50,463 bases of DNA from the NCBI GenBank assembly GCA_012974435.1, contig JAAXQF010000085.1, positions 1-50,463 on the forward strand. Reading direction: 5' to 3'. The position numbers were made by a program, and so were the translations under genes. Positions 9,263-17,746 of the stretch are shown piece by piece. Source of the stretch: Desulfuromonadales bacterium. GTDB lineage: Bacteria > Desulfobacterota > Desulfuromonadia > Desulfuromonadales > BM103. The notes beneath the pieces are model-generated. The model did not search any database. It was not told where the DNA came from and saw only the letters and a list, made by a program, of their open reading frames with translations. The stretch's first letter is position 1. Each line of letters begins with the position of its first letter.

Positions 9263-9592
9263 TCAACGCAGGCTGGTGGCACAGCGCGGGCAAGTAAACA
9301 TACTGGTCGAGGGAACCTTATGGCCGCAACTCGGACAATTAAACCAGTAACGACAATACTTGCATTGAGGATCTGACAAACCCTGCTTTTTCTTGCACTT
9401 TGGACACATGCGGTACATTTTTCGGTTGGTTATATAATCTTCAAAGATCAACCCGCACTTGGCACACAGCTTCGCATCGCGTCTGTGATTGGGAGCCTCG
9501 CAGCGCGGTGCTGGGCAGACAAACACAGCGTGACAAGAATCACACCAGTTCTTACCATGCGTCATCTCTTTACATACCGGGCACTTTTCCAT
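9263..9592 (-). CDS. Cys-rich multi zinc-ribbon protein
   Basis: 16 Cys in 8 CxxC-type pairs within 109 aa; SD GAGG. Confidence 0.8.
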   Translation of the reverse strand: MEKCPVCKEMTHGKNWCDSCHAVFVCPAPRCEAPNHRRDAKLCAKCGLIFEDYITNRKMYRMCPKCKKKQGLSDPQCKYCRYWFNCPSCGHKVPSTSMFTCPRCATSLR

Positions 9593-9713
9593 CGGAACAC
9601 CTCATCAAAGGCCAAAGCAGAAACAAAGAAGCTCTGTGTACAACTTCCAGGTTCAGGATAAACATTTATCTGTTAAATTTCCAGTCCGTTACCACCTGGA
9701 GCTGATCTTTGCC

Positions 9714-9745
9714 AAAAAAAAGCCGGACCTTCATGGCCCGGCTTT
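9714..9745 (-). terminator. Intrinsic terminator after rubrerythrin
   Basis: aaagccgg...ccggcttt stem with an 8-T tract on the minus strand. Confidence 0.7.
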
Positions 9746-9768
9746 CTAGTTTACAGCGGGGATGAAGA

Positions 9769-10278
9769 TCAATCGACCTTGAAGAAGGCAACCGGCCCGG
9801 CCTGACAAACGCAGCACGGGCCATGGGGTTCACCCTCAATGGTGTTGCCGCAAACCTTACAGACGTAGTAATCAACGTCCTCGTTATTACCAAGGGTGTC
9901 GAATGCCTTCTGGTAAAGGCTGGCATGTACTTTCTCAACGTCGTTGGCAAACTTGAAGCTGCGCAGAGCAGCATCCTGACCTTCGCTGATGGCCTCTTCG
10001 ATCATCTTTGGATACATACTGATGAACTCTTCGGTCTCACCGGCGATCGCTTCCTTGAGGTTGTCCGCTGTAGTATTGATGCCACCAGCAGTCCGCAGGT
10101 GAGCATGGGCGTGAACCGTCTCTGCTGCAGCTGCAGCGCGGAAGAGTTTAGCGACCTGTTTCTGCCCTTCTGCATCGGCCTTGTCGGCAAACGCCAAGTA
10201 CTTGCGGTTTGCCTGAGACTCTCCCGCAAACGCCTCATACAAGTTACTTTCAGATTTACTTCCCTTTAATTCAGCCAT
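9769..10278 (-). CDS. rbr: Rubrerythrin
   Basis: AFAGESQANRKY, ETVHA and EKVH diiron ligands plus C-terminal rubredoxin-like CKVC...CCVC. Confidence 0.93.
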   Translation of the reverse strand: MAELKGSKSESNLYEAFAGESQANRKYLAFADKADAEGQKQVAKLFRAAAAAETVHAHAHLRTAGGINTTADNLKEAIAGETEEFISMYPKMIEEAISEGQDAALRSFKFANDVEKVHASLYQKAFDTLGNNEDVDYYVCKVCGNTIEGEPHGPCCVCQAGPVAFFKVD

Positions 10279-10394
10279 AATACTCTCCTTTCAATAATAA
10301 GTTTGACAAACATAAAAGTAGATCAATATTATCGATAACATAGCACAAGTCAATGACTTACAACTTTTTAAGATGTTTGCCGAGGAGCCACAGC

Positions 10395-10853
10395 ATGTCT
10401 GTATACCGCGTCGAAAAATCTGAACTGCCCGTTGTTGTCTTTCAAGCTGACGGTTCCATTATGAAGGGTGTCGTTTTTCTGAGCACCACAGCCTATATCC
10501 ATGCGGGCAAACAGACATTACTTGACCTTCTCAAGGAGCCAGGGGACTTCTTTCCCTTCCGCAGTGAGTCCGGAGAATTCTGTGTGACCAACAAGCAGAC
10601 CATCACTCACATCCGCTTTGAGCCACCAGAGCAGGAGGAAAGATATCAATCACTGGGTGATCGCGAAGACGTGGAGATCAAGTTTGCCGGCGGAGAACAG
10701 CTCGGTGGAACAGTGACGATAGAAATGCCGGAAGGACGTAGCCGCCTACTTGATTTTATCAATGCCATGGGAGGCTTTTTCCTGCTCCAGAACGATGAGG
10801 CCCACTATCTGGTCAACGTTACCCAGGTGCGCGATATCAGCCCTAAACGCTGA
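10395..10853 (+). CDS. Hypothetical protein with two similar internal domains
   Basis: SD GAGGAG; halves share G-x-V...(T/R)LLD(L/F)...FF...N...I pattern. Confidence 0.75.
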   Translation: MSVYRVEKSELPVVVFQADGSIMKGVVFLSTTAYIHAGKQTLLDLLKEPGDFFPFRSESGEFCVTNKQTITHIRFEPPEQEERYQSLGDREDVEIKFAGGEQLGGTVTIEMPEGRSRLLDFINAMGGFFLLQNDEAHYLVNVTQVRDISPKR

Positions 10854-10959
10854 TATTCGCATCACGTGAAAAAGCCGACAGGTTCATTTCTTTCGGATTT
10901 CAGACTACTGACAAAGTACAGGAAGGTGTCGATTATTGACGTTCCTGAGTTGCCGACAT

Positions 10960-10996
10960 CCTGAGAGCAACAGATTAACGATCTGTTGCTCTCAGG
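10960..10996. repeat. Perfect 16-bp inverted repeat between convergent genes
   Basis: cctgagagcaacagat-taacg-atctgttgctctcagg; no T tract on either side. Confidence 0.8.
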
Positions 10997-11077
10997 CTCC
11001 GAAAGGCATTCAAAAAGTCTCTATTTCACCACAGGACATAAGTGGCATTTGTCAACCATCTGAAAACCATCTCACTT

Positions 11078-13940
11078 TTAAATGTCCAGATAAGAACGCA
11101 GGTAGCGACCCGTATAAGACTTCGCGCATCGCGCAACCTCTTCCGGGGTCCCGCAGACGAGGATTTCTCCACCACGGCTACCACCCTCGGGACCGAGATC
11201 GACGATATGATCAGCGGTTTTGATCACGTCCAGGTTGTGTTCGATAATCACGACGCTGTTGCCAGACTCAACCAATCGCTGCAAAACACTGAGCAGACGA
11301 CTGATGTCATCAAAATGCAGGCCGGTGGTTGGTTCGTCAAGGATATAAATGGTCCGGCCGGTCGAACGCTTACCCAATTCCTTGGACAGCTTGACGCGCT
11401 GCGCTTCCCCGCCTGACAAGGTCGTTGCACTCTGCCCCAGCTTGATATAACCAAGACCAACATCACGCAAGGTTTGCAGCTTGCGCTTTATGCGCGGAAT
11501 ATTTACCAGAAACTCCACCGCCTGGTTGGCGGTCATATCAAGCACATCGGCAATGGTTTTACCCTTGAACTTAACCTGCAACGTCTCCCGGTTGTAGCGG
11601 GCACCGTGACAAGCTTCGCACTGAATATAGACATCAGGCAAAAAATGCATCTCGATACGCAGGATGCCATCGCCCTGACAAGCCTCGCAACGCCCGCCTT
11701 TGACATTGAAAGAAAAGCGCCCAGGTTTGTAACCACGCATCTTCGCTTCCGGCAGCTGGGCGAAGAGATCGCGGATATCGGTGAAGATACCGGTATAGGT
11801 CGCCGGGTTGGAACGTGGGGTGCGACCGATCGGTGACTGATCAATATCAATGACCTTGTCCAGGAGCTCCAGCCCTTCGATGACACGAACCGGCCCGGAA
11901 CGTTCCCGCGAGCGATAGAGGCGTTGAGCGAGGGCTTTGTGCAAGGTGTCGATCACCAGCGACGACTTGCCGGAACCGGACACACCGGTCACACAGGTCA
12001 TGACCCCCAGCGGGATATCAACATCGATATTCTTGAGGTTGTTAGCCTGGGCACCCTTGATACTGAGCAGCCCTGAAGCTTTACGCCGCTCTTTCGGCAA
12101 AGGAATCGTCAGACGACCGGAGAGATAAGCTGCGGTCAGAGACTTGGGATGTTCGAGAATCTCATGAGGCGTGCCCTGGGCGACCACCTCGCCACCATGG
12201 CGGCCAGCATGCGGGCCCATGTCGATGACATGATCCGCTTCGAGAATGGTTTCCTCGTCATGCTCAACGACCAGCACGGTATTGCCCAGATCACGCAGGC
12301 GCTTTAATGTCTCCAGAAGCCGTCGATTGTCCCTCTGGTGCAAACCGATCGAAGGTTCATCGAGAATGTAGAGCACCCCGACCAGCGAGGAACCGATCTG
12401 GGTTGCCAAACGGATGCGTTGACTTTCACCCCCCGAAAGAGTGCCCGAAGTACGATCGAGGGTCAGGTAATCGAGCCCGACATTAACCAGAAAAGAGAGC
12501 CTCTCCCGGACCTCCTTCAGCACCCGGCGAGCGATTTCCGCCTCTTTGGCAGGCAACTCGATTTCGGCGAAAAACGCTTCCGCTTCGCTTATGCTCAGTG
12601 CCGTTATCTCCTGAATATTCTGCCCGGCAACCCGCACACAGAGGGTTTCCGGTTTGAGCCTGGCACCATCACAGCTCGGACAAGACATGATGTTCATAAA
12701 CTGCTCAAGCTTCTCGCGGGTCGCATCAGAATCGGTTTCACGCAGACGTCGTTCCAGGTTCGGGATCACGCCCTCGAACGGTTTGTTGTAAAAATGTCGG
12801 CGATGGGCCTGATCGTAGAAAAACTTGACCTCTTCTTTCCCTGAGCCATGCAGAAGAACCTTTTGTACCTGTTCCGACAGTTCAGCAAAGGGCGTGCGGA
12901 TATCAAAGTCATAAAAATCAGACAGCGCCTCCAGAACCTGTAAATAGTAATACCCGGTCCGGGTTGACCAGGGTGCGATCGCCCCCTCCCGCAAGGAAAG
13001 CTGTCGGTTCGGTACAACCTGCTCCGGGTCAAAGTACATGCGGGTGCCCAGACCGGAACAGTCCGGGCAAGCCCCATAAGGGTTATTGAAGGAGAACATG
13101 CGCGGCGTCATCTCCGGTATCGAGATACCGCACGCCACGCAGGCGTGCCACTCGGAGAAGAGATAACTCTCACCGCCCACGACTTCGACCCTGACCAACC
13201 CCTCACCGAGACGCAGCGCGGTCTCCAGGGAGTCCGACAGACGGCTGACGATGTCCTCTTTGACCACAAGGCGGTCAACAACCACCTCGATGGTGTGTTT
13301 CGTCCTCTTTGACCACAAGGCGGTCAACGACCACCTCGATGGTGTGTTTCTTGTTCTTGTCCAGAACGATCTCGTCACCCAGCTCGCGCATTTCACCATC
13401 GATACGCACCCGGACGAAACCGTCCGCCTGCAGCTGACGTAGTTCCTTGCGGTATTCGCCCTTGCGGCCCCTGACCAGTGGCGCCATGAGCAGAAGCTTG
13501 CTTTTTTGCGGCAGAGCCAACACCTGCTCCACCATCTGTTCCACCGTCTGTGAAGCAATCACCTTGCCGCAGGAGGGACAATGCACCCGCCCGACCCTGG
13601 CGAAGAGCAAGCGCAGGTAATCGTAGATTTCCGTAACCGTGCCAACGGTAGAGCGGGGGTTCTTCGACGTGGATTTCTGTTCTATGGAGATGGCCGGGCT
13701 CAGGCCTTCGATACTTTCGACATCCGGCTTGTCCATCTGCTCCAGAAACTGCCGGGCATAGGCCGAAAGGCTCTCAACGTAACGGCGCTGTCCCTCGGCA
13801 TAGATGGTATCAAAGGCCAGGGTACTCTTGCCCGACCCTGAGACACCGGTGATCACTACCAGCTGATCTCGGGGGATCTCGACATCGATATTCTTCAGGT
13901 TGTGCTCGCAGGCACCTTTTATGATGATTTTATTGACCAT
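11078..13940 (-). pseudogene. uvrA: Excinuclease ABC subunit A, frameshifted as assembled by a 49-bp tandem duplication (probably an artefact)
   Basis: ORFs 13275-13940 (GVSGSGKS, zinc finger) and 11078-13558 (LSGGESQR, second Walker A, LSGGEAQR) join into one UvrA if one copy of 13253-13350 is removed. Confidence 0.95.
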
Positions 13941-13998
13941 GGCTTTAGTAAGTAACGTTTCCTCTCACATCTGTTGATTTTGCTTTCCACAACTATCG

Positions 13999-14091
13999 GG
14001 ACGTGGAACGCGGCACGAGGGCCGCGAGAAGCAGACCACGCCACCTAAAGAACTGGTTTCCCTCGTTCCTCGCTCCTCGTTCCTCGCTCCT
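13999..14091. repeat. Heptanucleotide repeat array with a degenerate inverted partner
   Basis: (CCTCGYT)x4 at 14061-14091 facing GGACGTG GAACGCG GCACGAG GGCCGCG at 13999-14026. Confidence 0.6.
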
Positions 14092-15094
14092 GTTTCTCAG
14101 CCATCTCTGCGGCCATCCTGACTGCAGCAATCAGGCTGGCAGGGCTGGCCTGACCGGTGCCGGCCAGATCATAGGCCGTACCGTGATCAACGGACGTGCG
14201 CACGATCGGCAGACCAAGGGTGACGTTGACGCCGTCATCAAAATGCAGCAGCTTGAGAGGGATCAAGCCCTGATCATGGTACATGCAGATCACCGCGTCA
14301 TACTCGCCCTGAGCTGCAAACCAGAAGAGGCTATCGGCACTGTGCGGACCGCTGGCAAGAATTCCTTCAGAGCGGGCGGCAGCAATCGCCGGAGCGATGT
14401 GCCGGGTTTCTTCGTCACCGAACAAGCCCCCTTCACCAGCGTGCGGATTCAGCGCCAAGACCGCCAGTCGCGGCTTTTTGATGCCGAACTGCCGCTGCAG
14501 ACTCGACGAAACAATGCGCATGGTCGTCAGGATACGTTCTGCGTTCAGGCGTTGCGGCACCTCCCGCAAGGCACAATGGGTCGTCACCAGGCAGACTCGC
14601 AGTCTCTCCCCGGCCAGCATCATAACAACCTCTTCAACCTCGCAACGATCGGCCAACAGCTCGGTATGCCCCGGGAAAGCAATCCCTGCTGCGCGTAAGA
14701 TTTCCTTGTTGATCGGTGCCGTGACCATCCCAGCCACATCACCGGCAACACAGGCATCGCAGGCCCATTCTATATAATCAGCCATGGCACGCCCGGAAGA
14801 GCTCTGCGGTTGGCCAAACACTTGCCCGGAGAGATCGAGTTGCGACAGGGCCTGTACAGGCAAGCGGTGCCCGCCAACAACAAGTTCATCCGTCGCCAGG
14901 GGTGACGAGGAACCTGGCTGGTGCTGGACAGCGCAACCACAAACGGCAGCAGCCCGTTTCAGCACACCAAGATCTCCGGCGACGATCAACGGACGCGCAA
15001 GGTCAATAAATGCACCTTCGTAGACGGCTCGAATGATAATTTCCGGTCCAACCCCGGTCGGGTCGCCCATCGTTAAGATAAGTGGCTTTGTCAT
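14045..15094 (-). CDS. pdxA: 4-hydroxythreonine-4-phosphate dehydrogenase
   Basis: MGDPTGVGPE, GHTE, LNPHAGE, MYHDQG and RTSVDHGTA motifs. Confidence 0.96.
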   Translation of the reverse strand: MTKPLILTMGDPTGVGPEIIIRAVYEGAFIDLARPLIVAGDLGVLKRAAAVCGCAVQHQPGSSSPLATDELVVGGHRLPVQALSQLDLSGQVFGQPQSSSGRAMADYIEWACDACVAGDVAGMVTAPINKEILRAAGIAFPGHTELLADRCEVEEVVMMLAGERLRVCLVTTHCALREVPQRLNAERILTTMRIVSSSLQRQFGIKKPRLAVLALNPHAGEGGLFGDEETRHIAPAIAAARSEGILASGPHSADSLFWFAAQGEYDAVICMYHDQGLIPLKLLHFDDGVNVTLGLPIVRTSVDHGTAYDLAGTGQASPASLIAAVRMAAEMAEKQERGTRSEERGKPVL

Positions 15095-15269
15095 AAAGCT
15101 CCCGTTTGAATAAGCACGAACCTACAGTATAGCCTAGGCGTGAAAACCGCCTCAACCTGATTCGCAAAATAAGGATTCTTCTTTTAAGCGGGGAAAGCAG
15201 TTTTCAAACTCCGGGGAAAGGGTTATACTTTGATGTATTTCATTACGTTATGTAAATTACGGAGAAGCA

Positions 15270-15632
15270 GTGATGAGTGACGATCTGTTAGAACGCCGCC
15301 AAGCGGAACGCCGGTATGCCTTGAAATTTCTCGATTACGAGATCCTCTCCTCGAAAGGTGAGGTCACCGGCCGTGGCCTGGCCCGCACACTTAACGTCAG
15401 CGAAACCGGCTTGCGGCTCGAAACTGGTCAATTCTTTGAGCCGGAACAGACGTTACGGATCACCCTCGGTCTCGACAACGACCTGGTGCAGATCAACGGG
15501 CGCGTGATCAATTCTCAACCGGAAACTGACAACCTCTGCTCAAGTGGTGTCATGTTTCTCGAATTCGACGAAGCGGACCGCCGGACCTATCAAAAACACT
15601 TCGCAGCCCTCAAGAGTGCCCTGGAAGAATAA
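15270..15632 (+). CDS. Single PilZ-domain protein (c-di-GMP receptor)
   Basis: ERRQAER (RxxxR) and NVSETG (NxSxxG) motifs. Confidence 0.85.
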   Translation: MMSDDLLERRQAERRYALKFLDYEILSSKGEVTGRGLARTLNVSETGLRLETGQFFEPEQTLRITLGLDNDLVQINGRVINSQPETDNLCSSGVMFLEFDEADRRTYQKHFAALKSALEE

Positions 15633-15652
15633 TCCTTTCTCCTACAGATATC

Positions 15653-15690
15653 AAAAAAGGCCACCTGCTTTTAGCAGGTGGCCTTTTTTT
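15653..15690. terminator. Bidirectional intrinsic terminator
   Basis: aaaaaaggccacctgc-tttta-gcaggtggccttttttt between convergent genes. Confidence 0.9.
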
Positions 15691-15706
15691 CAGTGCTGGA
15701 GCCCCT

Positions 15707-16654
15707 CTACAGGCGGATATCGATAAACGCTTTATTTTTCAGAGCTTTGGTCCACTCCTTGATACGCGCATCCGTTTTCTGATCCAAAATCATCTGGTGG
15801 ATGTCAAACTTTACCGCATCGAACTGTCTCAAACCCTCAGACAGACGGTCGTCCACTCTCAGCAGGTGGATCGCGGTACCCATTTCTACGGGAGCAGTGA
15901 AGGTGCCGTCCTCAACCTCATTGATCGCCTCGACAAACTCCGGGGTCAATTCTTCGTAAACGAATTTGCCCATTGAACCGCCAGTGGCACCATAGGTTTG
16001 ATTATAGCTGTCAGAAACCTCAGCCAGAGATTCGCCCTGCTGTAACCGCGTCAGAGCTTCATTGGCCATCTTGCGGATCTGTGTGCGCTCTTGCTCAGAC
16101 GCCTTTTCCGAAACGGGGAAGGAGATGGCGCTCAACTCCACTTCAGGGGGCAAGCGATAGTCATCCAGGTGAGCACTGTAGTATTCAACGATCTCACGCT
16201 CAGGCACATCGATCTGGCTGCGAACTTCTTCACCAATCAGCTTATAGCGCAAAATCTGCTGCCGCAGATTGTCACGATAATCAGCAAAATCCAAACCTTG
16301 TGACTGTACGGCATCCTCAAGATCATTACGGCTCAATTGATTCTTCTTCTGTACATCCAAGAGTGCAGTTTCAATCTCTTCTTCGGAAACGGTCAGGTTA
16401 AGTGCCGCGATCCGCTGTTGAACCAGAGACTCCTCTATCATACGGGAAAGAAGTTCCTGACGCAGGGCCCCCATCTGCACTGGAGAAGGCTGTTTCTGCT
16501 GTTTTGCCAACTGCTCCTGCAGTCTCTGATCAAGCTGATGGGTTGAAATGATCTCCTTGTTGACAACCGCCGCAACACGACTGACAACCTGTGCCGAAAC
16601 CGATGTCAAACCGATGCTGCATATCAACAGCAGTGCAATTCCGAAATATTTCAT
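15707..16654 (-). CDS. surA: SurA-family periplasmic chaperone/parvulin PPIase
   Basis: Signal peptide, VSRVAAVVNKEII SurA N-domain and GGSMG rotamase domain. Confidence 0.8.
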   Translation of the reverse strand: MKYFGIALLLICSIGLTSVSAQVVSRVAAVVNKEIISTHQLDQRLQEQLAKQQKQPSPVQMGALRQELLSRMIEESLVQQRIAALNLTVSEEEIETALLDVQKKNQLSRNDLEDAVQSQGLDFADYRDNLRQQILRYKLIGEEVRSQIDVPEREIVEYYSAHLDDYRLPPEVELSAISFPVSEKASEQERTQIRKMANEALTRLQQGESLAEVSDSYNQTYGATGGSMGKFVYEELTPEFVEAINEVEDGTFTAPVEMGTAIHLLRVDDRLSEGLRQFDAVKFDIHQMILDQKTDARIKEWTKALKNKAFIDIRL

Positions 16655-16750
16655 AACATCCTTTTCCTTGGTTACATTCTTTGAAACTTTAAACTTAAAA
16701 CCCATATCAGCACAGGATCTTTCCCCAGAACCCCAGGGAAGGCTCCCAGA

Positions 16751-17701
16751 CTACTTTATCTCGTTCTTTTCAAGCTGAGCCCAATCTACGGAAATCACGG
16801 CACGAGCCCGCATATCCTGCAGCCAGGCAAGGTAAACTTCTTCCTTTTTACGGCCTTCAAGTATCGCCCGGATCTCTTCAGAAGCTTCTTTTTTATTGCG
16901 TCGTTTTGCTTTGCGTTTTTCCTCTACCAGGAAAATGTGATAGCCGTACTCACTTTTGACCAGGTCGCTCAGGCGCTTGACCGGCAGGTCGAAGACAATC
17001 GCATCAAACTCAGGCGGCATCTCGCCGCGGCCAAAGAAACCCAGGTCACCACCCTGTTCTGCATCCGGAGACAGGGAGTACTCTGCAGCGACTTCGGCAA
17101 AAGAACGCTCTTGACGCAACATGCCGAGGACCTCCTGGCCCTCTGCTTCATCCGCAACCACAAGCTGCCTGGCCCTGACCTGTTCGGGACGATCAAACTG
17201 ATCACGATTGGCCTTGAAATAGGCGGCAACCTCTTCGTCGCTCACCGAAACCATAGAGTAAACCGCCTGTTCAAGGAGCTTCTCCATGATCAGACTTTCC
17301 TTGAGCTCTTCCCGCCAGGCCTTCAGGGTCAAGCCTCGCTCGGCAAGCATCTCTTCGAAACTGCTGCCGGGATAATCCTGTCGGTAACCCTGCAAAGCGA
17401 CTTCAACATCAGCGTCTGTAAGGGCAATGTTGAGGCGCCTGGCCTCACCATGAATCAGCTCCCGATCGATCAACTGGACCAAAAAGGAGCGCTGTAATTC
17501 CTCGCGCTCGATTCCGCTTAGTTGCTGATCTTTTTGCAGGCTCTGTTCAAATTCGACGAGAAAGTCCGCCTTAGTGATCTCCTGTTCATTGATCACGATC
17601 AAAGCAGGCAATGCTTCCACAACGGGCTCGGAACTGCAGCCAGCGGCCAGACCAAACAAGCAGAGGAGAAGGGTTAATATACGTAAGTGAGTTCTATGCA
17701 T
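16751..17701 (-). CDS. Parvulin-type PPIase lipoprotein (PrsA/PpiC-like)
   Basis: Lipobox AAGC; YSLSPDAEQGGDLG...KSEYGYHI. Confidence 0.85.
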   Translation of the reverse strand: MHRTHLRILTLLLCLFGLAAGCSSEPVVEALPALIVINEQEITKADFLVEFEQSLQKDQQLSGIEREELQRSFLVQLIDRELIHGEARRLNIALTDADVEVALQGYRQDYPGSSFEEMLAERGLTLKAWREELKESLIMEKLLEQAVYSMVSVSDEEVAAYFKANRDQFDRPEQVRARQLVVADEAEGQEVLGMLRQERSFAEVAAEYSLSPDAEQGGDLGFFGRGEMPPEFDAIVFDLPVKRLSDLVKSEYGYHIFLVEEKRKAKRRNKKEASEEIRAILEGRKKEEVYLAWLQDMRARAVISVDWAQLEKNEIK

Positions 17702-17746
17702 GCTTATTCATTTGTTTCAAAGGGTTGAATAGAAGACGTCAACCTA

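Noticed and set aside
9232-9265. Second SECIS-like hairpin (cctgtc-GTAAA-ggcagg, minus strand) 20 nt after the zinc-ribbon gene's TGA
   Set aside because: All 16 Cys are already paired, and read-through adds only DFDGSLS with no partner Cys. A normal stop with a 3' stem is simpler; only homologue alignment could revive it.
9530-9544. CxxCH (CDSCH) suggesting a c-type cytochrome
   Set aside because: Single occurrence, no signal peptide, and it is part of a regular CxxC zinc-ribbon series
13253-13350. Repeat read as a CRISPR array or programmed frameshift site
   Set aside because: Two adjacent copies with no spacer, no cas genes and no slippery sequence
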